A stretch of 64,000 nt of DNA from the NCBI GenBank assembly GCA_002269645.1, contig NIVC01003586.1, positions 1-64,000 of the forward strand. The letters are read 5' to 3'. Shown in pieces: positions 1 through 11,899 of the stretch. Made by a program: the position numbers and the translations under genes. This DNA comes from Macrostomum lignano. Its lineage: Eukaryota. Positions within the stretch are counted from its first letter, which is position 1. Every line of letters begins with the position of its first letter. A model generated the notes under the pieces. It saw only the letters and a list, made by a program, of their open reading frames with translations. It was not told the origin of the DNA and ran no database searches.

Positions 1-185
1 GACATTCACAGACAGACACACAGACACCCGCAGACACACAGACACCCGCAGACACACAGACACCCAGACATTCACAAACAGACACACAAACACCACAAAC
101 AGACACACAGACAACCACAGACACCCACAGACAGACACAGACACCCACAGACAGACACAGACACCACAGACACACAGACACAGAC
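1..185. repeat. Degenerate CA/GA-rich microsatellite (acacag-type)
   Basis: Repeated gacac/acag/acac units seen directly. Confidence 0.9.
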
Positions 186-196
186 AAGCAATCTAC

Positions 197-993
197 TTAA
201 AAGAAGTAGAACTTTTTGTTTAAGCGATTAATCGCGTGCGGAGTCTGAAGATTGCGAAAGCCTCGCGAACAATTCGCCTCACCTCCACCAGCATGTCGGC
301 CACATGCTCAGTCTCGAAGCGTGATTCAAACACCAACACCAATGTCTGGATGAACAAACTCCCTTTACTCTGGTTTCTCACGCTTAGCTGCCCAGGTGTC
401 GCCGAGTGGGCTATCAGAATGTCATCGCAGCCCTGGCCACCTCCTGGACGCTGATCTCTCGTTTATTTCGTTGACCTTTTTCAGGAGCCTGACGAACTGA
501 TCAGCTTCCACCGGAGTCGGCCCTTGGATCCTCCGAGATCTAGCGTGTTGCTGCCACAGCAGAAGTAATTCCGTTGCGTATTTTCCTTGTTGGCGCCCGG
601 CAAGCCTGGATGATGACCAACTTGGGCTTGCCGGCAGCTTGCAGCTGAACAGCTAGAAAATTTCAGCCTCCTTGACTTGTCTGCTGTCGCTGCCTATGAA
701 TGCAGTCTTTTTCGCCGTGCGACAGAATGCAGAGTACGCAGGAGTCATATCTCTCCGATTGTTGAAGGAACTGACTGCAGTCGGACAGAATTTCGTCAGC
801 TTCGAGATCCTGCCTCACCGTCACTATGTACCCAAATGCTTCGAACAACAATCGAAGACTTCTGGAGTCAATTTCAGTTCCAACTCGCACCGAGTGCAAT
901 TGGGTGTTGAAAAAATGGCGATTGCTAATTATGAGACAGTGGCCCCCCGCCTATCGCGACTCACATTGTACGCTTCGGTAAAATTAATGCTCT
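197..993 (-). pseudogene. Caspase catalytic domain (p20+p10) with multiple frameshifts and an in-frame stop; pseudogene or poorly assembled copy
   Basis: Minus strand, across frames: YNVSRDRRG/HCLIISNRHF..RVGTEID..CVLCILSHG (catalytic His)..GKPKLVIIQACR (catalytic Cys)..DILIAHSATPGQLSVRNQSKGSLFIQTL..QTPHAINRLNKKFYFF* (stop 197-199). At least 4 frame changes and one TAG. Confidence 0.85.
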
Positions 994-1001
994 GATGATA
1001 C

Positions 1002-1110
1002 GTATGACATACGCAGTCATACGCACAGGCACTCACTCATACAGGAGTGTACAGCGGCCCTAACTCTATTTATAGTTAGGCATGTTTAATTTAGTTCCAA
1101 ATCAATATGA
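1002..1110 (-). mobile_element. Truncated copy of tRNA-derived SINE family A
   Basis: acgcagtcatacgcacaggcac..caggagtgtacagcggccctaact..gttaggcatg shared with 3572-3899, 30725-30817 and 61660-61918. Confidence 0.75.
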
Positions 1111-2054
1111 CTACTGGGCTAACTCGTACGGGCCCCAGTAAGTGGAAGTTCTAGACTTCTCTGGTTCCACATTGAAATATGGCCAAAAGTAAGTAAAGAT
1201 AGTTATTAAATGAGTCCATAATTTTTTTGCTCCAACGAATTCTAGCCCAGCAGAACAGCAGCCAAACGCTAAACTGCACCACTAAGATGCCAGAAGCAGC
1301 AGACTGACTGTGCCTATTCTGTGTATTTTCAATGCAGACACGCAAGAAAAAAACTGGCTGATTCCTCGATTTCCAACAGCAATCATCAAGCACTTCGCAC
1401 ACGAGAGGCATGGTCGGGAAACACAGATAAAAGAAAATCACTTAACCAAAATGTCTGCGAATCTTTCTAATAAATCAGAAGCTACCGTATACGCTAAACA
1501 GCAACTGTTCTACTTGTAAGTAGTATCTAACAAACCATACAATGTAGGTAAAATTAAAATTGCTTAGTTGCTCAAGTACAATAATGTGGTCACCTCACGC
1601 CTAAATATATAATAATAATAATAATAGTATATAAAAAAATGAAAATTTGACTCGCATGCTGTGCTAATTCACCTATCTTTACTACTAGTTTGTAAGTAGT
1701 AACGTGAAGAAATCAAATTGTAAGGTCAGAAATCACAAAATTGTTCAAAAAGACAAAAAATGAAGTCCGATCCGCATTGCTCTGCAGATAAGTTCATAAA
1801 TGGGGGGGATCTCATGAGACAGAATTTGCATACACTATAGTTAATATCAGATCCAGCAACCGCAAGGGAGGGAGCGAGCCAAGCCCTGCGAAAGCGTTAA
1901 CCGTGACAAGCGGCAACTTAAGAGCGGCTCGTGCCACTTTTTAAAGACTCAAATACATGACATTGCGATGAATTCCTTGGTGGCTTACTCTTGGTTGAGG
2001 AGTAAGGGGGCCGCACCATCCAATAGGCTGGCAAAAACGATGGCGCCCCCCCAT

Positions 2055-2240
2055 GATAGCGCGTCCCTCCAGATGATGACGTCACCTACGATGGTGCCCC
2101 TCCAGGTGATGACGTCACCTACGATGGTGCCCCTCCAGGTGATGACGTCACCCACGAAGGTGCCCCTCCAGGTGATGACGTCACACACAATGGTGCCCCT
2201 CCAGGCGATGACGCCACCCCACGATGACGTCCTCACGATG
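2055..2240. repeat. 33-bp tandem repeat (cccctccaggtgatgacgtcacctacgatggtg), about 5-6 units
   Basis: Direct observation; most units contain the TGACGTCA palindrome. Confidence 0.9.
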
Positions 2241-2518
2241 CGGCTTTTCAATAAAAAATACCGACTACGCCCTTTTCTTATTGAAAAGCCAACTCCAATG
2301 GCGACGCTTGTGGACACTGATAACGTTCGCAGCGGGGCAACTGAGGAACAGTTTAGCAAAATGAGAAATAAAATTAAACACGCTAACAGGCACAGAAACG
2401 GCGTCAATATTGTATATTAATAGCATGAAGAATTACACAAGCGGCTGCGCACATAACAATCTGGTGTCAAAATTTCTTCCCAATTGAGGATCGAGTAAGC
2501 TATCTCGATCGGAGCTCT

Positions 2519-5500
2519 TTACGGCGCCACGCCGGGGCTCTCCGTAGACTCCGACTGTTGTTGCTGCTGCTGTGGTTGCTCAGCTGCTTGAGTATCCGCA
2601 GCCAAAGCGGCTGGTGGCAGCGGCGGCGGCGGAGGTGGCAGGTCTATTGGCGGCACGTTAACTGACACAGGCGGCATGCCGGGCAAAGTGAGCTCTGTGC
2701 TCACTGGTGGAAGGTGTAAATCTGCCGGCTGCTGCTGCTGCTGCTGAGGTGGCGGAGGCGCCGGAGAAGCAGTAGAAGTCTCGGGCGGCACCAGCGGAGG
2801 CGGCGGCGGCGGCAGTGGAGAAGCCGCAGAAACTGGCGCCGGTGGCGGCGGAGGCGGCGGTGACGGCAGCGATTGAGAAGCCGCATAGGTGGGCGGCGGC
2901 ATCGATTGTGGAGGCGGCGGCATCGATTGTGGAGGCGGCGGCATCGATTGTGGAGGCGGCGGCGGCGGCGGAGGCAGCGGTGAAGACACGGGGGCGGGGG
3001 CAGCACTGGGCGTGGCGGCGGCTGAACTGAGCGGCACCTGAAATATTTTAAATCAAGTCTGGTGACCAAATCGGAATGGTAATTGGATGGTTTTAAAACT
3101 GCTGCAATTCAAAATTTTATCTCTTCCCCGTGGGGGGGGGGTGGCTAGTCCACATATACTAATACACTAATAAAAAATTAACAGAAACCTGTTGAAATGA
3201 TGGAGTATTCAGTTTGACAAAGCCTAAAAAGTACAAATAAAAGTATATTGTTGAAGACTCGAACTTCTACCTCAGTAAATCCGTCGCTAGCCGGAGCGCG
3301 CATTACGTCGCTAGGCAACGGAGTCAGCTGATCTACCGGCGGCTCCCTCGTGGGGATCCGATGCAAATAGCCGTAGCCGATGCCGCAGCCAAGTAGGCCT
3401 TCGCCGCCCCAGACAGAGTTGGGTGTAATCGTCACCTCGCGGCAGGAGTCCGACACAGTGCTGTACACGTACAGCTTCAGCGGCTTGCCATCGTGGGCTT
3501 CGATTAGTGTGATCAGATCCTCGTAGTCCTGCGGGAGGGTTGCCAGAGCTATTCCGACTCAGTATGCGGCAGTTTAAGTGACATTGTCACACAACCGGCG
3601 AGAGGCATTACTGCCCATTACGCCGACTCCTCTGAGCAGTCACACAAACGCGCGGATACGTACGCAGTCATACGCACAGGCACACTCACACAGGAGTGTA
3701 CAGCGCCCCTTACTTTATTTTATCGTTAGGCATGTACACTTCACTGTGCCTTGGAGTTGGCTCTCAGGGGCGTTAATTGCACGAGCGGAGCCAAGCCAAA
3801 ATTCCAATTTAGCCCAAAATCAATGTGACTGCACTTGGAATCGAGCCTGGGCCGCTGGCACAACAGAGCGCAGCGCTAGTCCACTGGGCTACGTGCCCCT
3901 AAGCCTGACTTTTTGTTTGCTAGAGGGATCTGACAGTGCCTCTGTCAGTACAGAATGATCTGACAGTATCTCTGTCAGTACAGAATGATTTGACTGTGTC
4001 TCTGTCAATACAGAATGATCTGACAGTGTCTCTGTCAGTACAGAATGATCTGACAGTGTCTCTGTCAGTACATAATGATCTGACAGTGTCTCTGTCAGTA
4101 CATAATGATCTGACAGTGTCTCTGTCAGTACATAATGATCTGACAGTGTCTCTGTCAGTACAGAATGATCTGACAGTGTCTCTGTCAGTACAGAATGATA
4201 TGACAGTGTCTCTGTCAGTACAGAATGATCTGACAGTGTCTCTGTCAGTACAGAATGATCTGACAGTGCCTCTGTCAGTACAGAATGATTTGACTGTGTC
4301 TCTGTCAGTACAGAATGATCTGACAGTGCCGCAGAAGGCAAAAAAGAACAGACCTGCAACAGAGTGTCGGCCCCAATGATGTAGTCGGTGTCAGACTGCA
4401 GTCCAGCCAGACCCGCAGGCGAATTCGGCTGCACGTCCATCACGTGCCAAACGTTCTCGTTGGCCCCGTCGAATGAGCAGAATCGAATACTGACACCCAA
4501 TAGGCCCTGGCCGCCCCAGCCTTCACACGGCACCAGGGTGACCTCGCGACAGCTCTGAGTCTTGCTGCTGTACACCAGAGTGCGCACAGGCTTGTCCTTG
4601 TGCTGGATTAGCAGGTCTCTCAGGTTCTCATTGTCCTCATTCTGAAATTTGGTTTAGACAGGCCATTTGATTTAATAAATTTTGAATAAACTATTTGATG
4701 CTTATTAAACAGGCAATTCACATAGAGCTTAACTTACTAATCGTGTATTTCCAATAGCAATGATGAAGTCAAAGAATGCCTCTAGGCCTGCCTTGTGACC
4801 TGGCGAGTTTTCTTGTACCTGATACAAATTGCAAATTTATTTAACAAAATTTGTATGGTTGGGGTGGTGTGGGCTAAATCTAAAATAAATTCAGTTTTAG
4901 CCTAAATTCAGTTCTTATGCAATAAATAATTATTAGGCCTAATCATTAATTTAGAGCTTCAATTAAAAACAAGATAATTATCATATCTAGGCCTAGATCT
5001 AGATAATTTAGATTATTAATAGATTAGAACATAGATTACTAGAATAACTAGATGGGCCACTTAGAACATTTTCGTGTAAGCTACTTTCAGTTCAGTAGTA
5101 AGTTAAACAGAAGAATTTTAATATATTTATACAGATAAGAATCATTTATTGGCTCTTACCCCAACTAAAACCCTCAAATGCACCTTTCCACACTGCTTCC
5201 ATACCCTGCCTTAAATTTTATTGCCTTTCTTGGAATGCTAGCCTAAAGTTGCCATGTACATTTCAGTGGACTGGCTAATGTACATTACTGCTAAACCAAT
5301 TAGCTTGCAAGCTACTTATGCCTGCAAGCTCAGGAGCTTCTAAACTTATCAATGTCATTTTAGCTGCCTTTATTTTTATAAAATAGCTTATATATTCTCC
5401 ATTGCTATTGAACTAAAAGTAGAAAGCTATTTAGTCATTTTAGTATCTGTGGATTAGAAGCAATGCTGAAGCAAATATATAAAAATTGAAGTAGAAATGC

Positions 5501-8224
5501 TTTTATAAGTTAATCTATTATTTCTATATTCTATATAATTTGTATATTACTTTTTATTAGTTTTATATATATATTTATTGAGAATATTCTCATAATTTCT
5601 AGAAAATTTGATCCAAAAACTTTATGGAACATTCTAGAAGCCTACTGGGTAGATATATATTGAGGGTGAGTATGTGCAATCTTAAGAGATTACTTTTCAT
5701 GATTGTTGCTTTTGAAGCCAGATCAACTAAATGGATCTCTATTAACCCTTTATTAATGGCCTATTATTCTATAACTTCAAATCTGGCATTAAAGCAACTG
5801 AATTGAGCCACTATATTAACAGTGCATTTGGTGCCAGTATAGTGTCTAAACATACTACAAAGATTAGTTTGCTCAGTTTTGCCAAAGATATTTTAGCCTC
5901 AAAGATTTGCCCTGGTTAGGATATCCTTCTGACATGAATGATGACTATCTGTGCACACTTATTGAGGCTAACATCTGAGAAACTACTTGTAAGTTGGTGC
6001 AAGTCCTTAGGGTAGACATCAAACAATTGCCATTCACTTGCATCAACTGGGCAAGGTGCACAAGTTGACTCAATGGGTATCCCATGAATTGTCCAATTGG
6101 GACCACAAATGTAAGGCAGAGATGGCCACATCTTTTTTTTCTATTGGCATATGTATAAGTGGCTAAAGTTGATTGTTTTGGCAATAAAAATTATATTTAC
6201 ATATAAATATCAAGCATTGCCAGTCAAGTGAATTCTTATGCAACCCCTAAGCCATAGTCTAAGGCCAGACTCCACCTTTATAAGGTCATGCTATGCATTT
6301 GGTAAGACTATAAAGGTGTGATCCTCTATGAGCCATAGTCAGGAAGGTGGCAAGTGCACGCGGGAATCAATTTATGGAAAAATCCTTGGTGCACGCCAAT
6401 GTATGCCAATTTTTTAAAACCCTTAACATGACGTTTCTGTTGCATGCCAAAAATCTTGAATACCAAAAATCATGTACGCTGAAAATTGTGTATACCAAAA
6501 TCCTATATGCCAAAAGTGGTTACACCCTCTGTTTACCCTACAGTAAATTGTAAAAATTTGAATATTAACCGTATTAGATACTATTTTTAAATAAATTTTC
6601 TACTTACATTAAACAAAGTTTATATAAAAAAAGGAAATTCACTACAAAGAACATAGTGAGTATCAAAAACTTTTTCTTCACATTTCAAGAAACAAATAAA
6701 CTAAGTCTACAAGAGTCACAAAATAAGAGCATTTAAAAGTTATTGGATATTTTAATTTTAATGTAGGCTGTAGAGTGTAGGCCTGGCTGTAGGCTAGGCT
6801 GTAGCCTCAACTAGTTTGTTTAATCAATATTCAAATTGAATTGTTCACGTTTAACTTTATATATTGTATATATATTGTGTATACATCTATATCTGACTTG
6901 TTGATATATTGTCAGTTTGTAATTGCACGCCAAGGTTACACGCCAAGTAAAAAACTTGTACACTGAAAATTTAGGCGTGGCTTGAGACCCCTATTTGCAC
7001 GCCAACTTTGCACACCAAAATTTTAGCGTGGCTTGTGCACGCAGGAAAATTCCCGCGTGCAGGCCACTATCCTGAGTATGGTCTATGAGCTGCTGTCATC
7101 CAACATATCAATTATAGCTAACTAGTACAAAGGTCCAAAGGCTAGACAGATTAGCTACTACCATTGCATAGAAGCAACTGAATCATGGTTTGGTCCAATT
7201 CTTGCAAAATAATGTCTGCCCCACATTGCTAAGATTTGGCTAGGAACTAATGTCTTATTCCCTATATTCTTCTACCCTGGTGCCTAGTAACTACTATCTA
7301 TTCTTGGCCCTAACCAATATCTTAACAAGCAAAAATTTATTGATGAAGAAGCCTTGAATAACTAGCTTAATAATTTTTTCCTCAAAACCTAAGAAATTCT
7401 AGACTGATAATATTATTTCTAAATTCTACCTGAAAAATAGCAAGCAGTGATCAATTTGGATGGCAATTACTTTGCTTCTTATTTACATTAAAAAAACTCA
7501 GTTTGGAGGAAGGTTCTAGAAACTATAAGAACATTCTTAACAACCAAATAGATTTCCTAAGATATATTTAAATAGACATTCAAAGAAATCATCAAGATAA
7601 TTTAAAAAAAATAGTATTTAGAAACTTTATATTGACTTGCACCATAGTAATCATTGTACTTTTACTTAACTTATATAAAATAATTAAATATATTGGCAAA
7701 TCTATATTATCAAATGCATAGCATAATGGACAAGTGACAACCTATTTGATTTATATCTTTAAGAATACATTAGAAGCATTATTTTGGGGCCAACATGTTT
7801 ATAAATCTGGTCTACTATATTATCAATTGTGCTAGAGTCTGCCAAAAACTTTGATAATAAGTGTCCTTTATTTTTTAGGTCTTCGCCTAAGGGGGACTGA
7901 CTGCCCTCGATCCTGGTTGCGCAACTATGTTCATGTTGGTTTTACTTGTGATTGTGAGTTGTGACTTGTCTAATACGAGATGAATAATATTTTGTTGGTT
8001 TTGTTTGCCTAAAGATATATGCTTTTTATACCATTTTGTTCACATTAGCATTTCACTTACATTTTAGAATGAATCACATATTTATTACGCTTACAGTTTA
8101 TAAACTAATATTTCTCCTAGAAAGTATTGTCAAAAAATGAGTAACATTACGAATAGCGTACCCGAAGAACATGATATCCTTCTGTCCCACCTCCAGGTAC
8201 AGGTGTGCTATTTTCAGCACCCAT
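2519..8224 (-). CDS. GORASP2: Golgi reassembly stacking protein GRASP55/65, 5 exons, about 402 aa
   Basis: Exons 8162-8224 ([22 protein letters not shown]-terminal MG myristoylation), 4738-4818 ([27 protein letters not shown]), 4354-4641 (..[26 protein letters not shown]..), 3271-3528 (..[20 protein letters not shown]..), 2519-3037 (Pro-rich tail). All GT-AG, phase 0, two PDZ-like GRASP domains. Confidence 0.95.
3572..3899 (-). mobile_element. tRNA-derived SINE family A, near full-length copy in GRASP intron
   Basis: Minus strand starts GGGCACGTAGCCCAGTGG (A box)..GGCTCGATTCC (B box-like); body shared with three other copies in the window. Confidence 0.8.
3927..4330. repeat. 30-bp minisatellite (tgacagtgtctctgtcagtacagaatgatc), about 13 units, intronic
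   Basis: Direct observation; each unit holds a TGACAG..CTGTCA inverted repeat. Confidence 0.95.
5030..5460. mobile_element. MITE family C copy (tagatgggccact terminus), degenerate right end
   Basis: Colinear similarity to 57670-58105 over about 400 bp. Confidence 0.7.
6333..7081. mobile_element. Non-autonomous DNA transposon (family B) with CCATAGTCAGGAAGG TIR and 8-bp TSD
   Basis: Left ccatagtcaggaaggtggc, right gccactatcctgagtatgg; TSD TCTATGAG at 6325-6332 and 7082-7089. Confidence 0.85.
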
Positions 8225-9291
8225 TAACGAAGCTTTAAATACGTTGTCGTAAGATTAAATTATATAAATAATGAAACTTCAACACATTTAAGATTCAGGA
8301 CTGTTCAAAGAATGTCGTGATCTTCACAGAAAAGCATTTCTAAAAAATCTTGTAACACGTAATATATTTATTTATGACACAATAAAGCACATAATTGTTT
8401 AATATAATAAAATATATTTTCTGTTTTTCAAATAATGTGGATACACAACGTAGTTTATTCACTAGGATTTACTTCTTAGCAAAAATTATTTGTTTTAATC
8501 GAAAAACATTTAAAATTTAGATTCCGGCCACTTTTAAAACTTATACATGAAAATTGACATGTGAAAATGTTTGCCTTACTCTTTCGAAAATGCTTTATTT
8601 GAAAAAATACGAAACTCAAAAGTAAAATTTTATGGGTTCAACGACTATTCCAACATTATATTAAATAAATCTTGACGAGAGGACCTAATTTGTGTTTCTA
8701 TTCCGGACCACCTGGGCCGGTGGCGTTTTGTCACTTTTTTACGCGCTGATTTGCAAGCAGTAATTTGTCTAAAAAGCCTCGGTCACTTTGGACACCAGCA
8801 GGTTGTTGGCACGTTGATAATCTGATTGTTGGGAGAAAAGGCTACATGCATGTAAGTACAGTCACATAATTAAAACTTGTTTAATCAGATGATCGCTTCC
8901 CCATCTGGAACTACACTCTTGGTAGCTGGAGAGGGACTTTAATTTTTGCTTGTTTGCTTATCTGTGCTGAATTAAAGCAGAAATTGTTCGATAATTATCG
9001 CAGCAGCGATCGGAGTGCTCTACAACAAACGATCTACATTACACAGTAGGGAGCGGCGCACTAGTATATGGGGCGATACTGCTAGCTATCTCGTCGATCA
9101 GTCGTTCAATCAGTGCATTGAATCATTCAGATCATGCATGCATCTGCATATCATTTGTGCCCCGTCAGGCAGCCGCGGGCAAACTATAATTTATTTTTAA
9201 TGTTCACCGTATATAGCTTTAGTTAGCCTCTGAAGATTAATTATTAATCATTACGTCAGCGCTACATGTATTTGAGAGGTTCGTTATTAAA

Positions 9292-9595
9292 CAGGGGCGT
9301 CGCCATAGATTTTGTGTTGTGGGGACAAGTCAAGAATTCTACATGTGCATAGCTAAATTCCTACATCTACATTATTATTTTGAGAATCGGTGTTGTTAGC
9401 ACTCATTTAATTGGTGCTGCAGGAATTCGTTTTGGCGCCGCAGACATTATACAGGCACTCATTTTTGGTTTCGTATTAATTTATTAATTTGTTATTGATC
9501 TCCACAACGGGTCACAAAAAGGTGGGGTAAGGGACAACATATTGGCATGTCCCCCATAGCTTTTATTTGGGGCCCCCCGGTGGCGACGCCCGGTG
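9292..9595. mobile_element. Possible small MITE with hAT-like ends
   Basis: caggggcgtcgcca ... tggcgacgcccggtg imperfect TIR; no TSD found. Confidence 0.35.
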
Positions 9596-10295
9596 ACGAT
9601 TTGCACAATTCGGTGAAGTGTACATGTGTACTGCATTCGGTCACTCACAATCTCGCCAACGCAAGAACCTACTGCACAAGTCCTCTCTGCATGATCAATG
9701 CGATCCAGTCCCAGCAGCAAAAGAAACCAGTTGGCAGGATAGCTTGGAGTCCCTTCTAGGATCCTCAAACTAGGGTTGAGGGGGCGGTTATGGATTAGTT
9801 TAATCTACGGATTAGCTGATTTATAATCTTTTGGAAATCGCTCTGCTTGGCTCTCGCTGCCTTCTTAGCCAACACGACCTACATGTGCAGTAGCTGCTCG
9901 CCACATCTCTGCTACCAGCTTGGAGCTGACCATCTGACATGAGATTATTTTCTGTATTCTGAGGCTAAAGAAGCTGTTTCCGATCAAAGGCCAAATTAAA
10001 GAAGGTCGAAAACGTATCACGTAAAATTTGATCTAGCACGGTGCTACTCGTAATTCATATGCAGTAAGCTACGTAAGCAGAGAAGGGAGTTTCAAGAGCG
10101 GTGTTTAACTTGATTTTAGTTTGTACAAATCGTTTCGACTATTGTATAATTTAAACGTCAAATTACTGTGATAAGGTAATTTGGAGCAGTGAGCATAAAT
10201 TCCACACAGGCATCGAAAGAAATGGAACTTCATGCTTGTACACTCTTGCTAACACACGCTGGATCCGCAGTCCAAGTCCAGAGCCGCAACAATAA

Positions 10296-11261
10296 TGTTG
10301 TATCCCCCTTCCTCGCTGGCACGGCCGGGTTGGGCGACGGGTAGCGGTGTCGGGGTTCGGGTACTGGACTGCCCAGGGCTTACGAGCTCGATCGGCGACC
10401 CCGAGGCGTACGGACACTTCGGGGGGAGGTCAAGGTTGAGAAGTCGAGAGAGAGGGGAGGGGCGGCTGTGGGCGGGCGGCCACTCGACAGCCTGGTGAGT
10501 CAAGGAAGAGAGAGAGGGCTGCGGGCGGTCGGCCACTCGACAGCCTGGTGAGTCAAGGAAAAGAGAGAGGGCTGTGGGCGGGCGGCCACTCGACAGCCTG
10601 GTGAGTCAAGGAAGAGAGAGAGGGCTGCGGGCGGTCGGCCACTCGACAGCCTGGTGAGTCAGACTGAGGAGAGAATGAGAGAGAGAGAGATCAGGAGAGC
10701 GACCCCGAGGAACACAGGCAATTGTCTCGACAGCTTACCGGGCCGGGTCGATTATAGCACTCATACACGGGAAGGCCGATCGATTGCAATAAATTGAGTC
10801 TTCGCAGTAAGAGACCGTCTCTACGGTTGATCGCTGGTCACGTTCGTTTATTTATCGCGGTGGGCGCAAATGGGCGCAGGCACGGTGAGAAAAGGGGCGG
10901 GGTCTGAGCGTCGCCTTAAATAACGAGTAAAAAGGGGCAGGGGCGCAAACAAGGGGGGGAGAAAGGGCTTAAACAATGGAGCTGATTGACAGCTGATTGG
11001 CTGCGGCGAGGGGAGGGTGGAAGCGCGCACGGCCAGGGAGAGGGAGAGAGAGCAGAGGCCCAGCCAATCAGCACGGCTAGCCAAAGGGCTAAACAGCCAA
11101 GGCGAGAGAGAGAGAGAAAGAGAGCAGAGGCTCAGCCAAAGGGCTCATAGCTCCAGACTGGCTTGAGCCGGGGGGGGGGGGGTAACAATAATCAACTACC
11201 AAAGTCAACAACTATCAAAGTGCACTTGCACCAGGGGAGCACTGTGACACAGGTCACAACA
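10296..11261 (-). repeat. 3' LTR (966 bp)
   Basis: Matches 18125-19088; the only difference seen by eye is poly-G length (13 vs 11). Confidence 0.97.
10785..10828 (-). other. Spliced-leader (SL) exon-like sequence in 3' LTR
   Basis: AACCGTAGAGACGGTCTCTTACTGCGAAGACTCAATTTATTGCA; matches the M. lignano SL as recalled (CCGTAAAGACGG..TTTATTGCATG) and the flatworm AACCGT..ACGG..TTGCATG pattern. Confidence 0.8.
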
Positions 11262-11272
11262 CCCTCCCCCCT
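11262..11272 (-). promoter_or_regulatory. Polypurine tract
   Basis: Minus strand AGGGGGGAGGG directly abuts the 3' LTR. Confidence 0.9.
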
Positions 11273-11389
11273 AAAAAAAAGAAAACGACGCGCTTTGACT
11301 GAATGAAAATGAAAAAAAAATGTAATGAAATGAAACTGAATGAAAGAGACCAAGAGTGTCAGGCAGCGGCCGAGAGCGCAGGACAGGGG

Positions 11390-11770
11390 CCGAGGATGTC
11401 GGACAGGCCGAGAACACCGGGCACGGCCGAGAATGCCGGACTGTGGCCGAAAACGCCGGGCATGGCCGAGAATGCCGGACAGCGACCGAGAATGCCGGGC
11501 AGCGGCCGAGAACGCCTGGCATGGCCGAGAATGCCGGACAGCGGCCGAGAATGCCGGGCAGCGACCGAGAACGCCGGGCATGGCCGAGAACGCCGGGCAT
11601 GGCCGAGAGTGCCGGACAGCGGCCGAGAATGCCGGGCAGCGGCCGAGAATGCCGGGCAGCGACCGAGAACGCCGGGCATGGCCGAGAGTGCCGGACAGCG
11701 GCCGAGAATGCCGGGCAGCGGCCGAGAATGCCGGGCAACGACCGAGAGCGCCGGGCATGGCCGAGAGTGT
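11390..11770. repeat. GC-rich about 20-bp tandem array (ggccgagaatgccgggcagc variants) in the element 3' UTR
   Basis: Direct observation; source of several spurious ORFs. Confidence 0.9.
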
Positions 11771-11899
11771 TCCCCGCCCTTCCTTCGGGGCCGCTCCCAG
11801 TGCCAAACAGAGGGATCACAACGACGATCAGAGGAGAGATGGGATGAAATGAAGGAGTGAAGGTCTCTTGCCCGCCCTGGCATCCTGCCCCAGAACCCC

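Noticed and set aside
244-262. Hammerhead core (CTGAAGA..GAAA)
   Set aside because: No stem II or III; lies antisense to caspase coding sequence
2055-2270. Relationship between this 33-bp array and the 44-bp array in the gypsy element (shared caggtgatgacg)
   Set aside because: Only a 12-nt match with no flanking homology
3835-3899. tRNA gene (also 62190-62259)
   Set aside because: A and B boxes only, with no cloverleaf; these are heads of multi-copy SINEs
11192-11883. Several 160-200 aa ORFs in the element 3' region
   Set aside because: Products of a GC-rich tandem array that is open in nearly all frames
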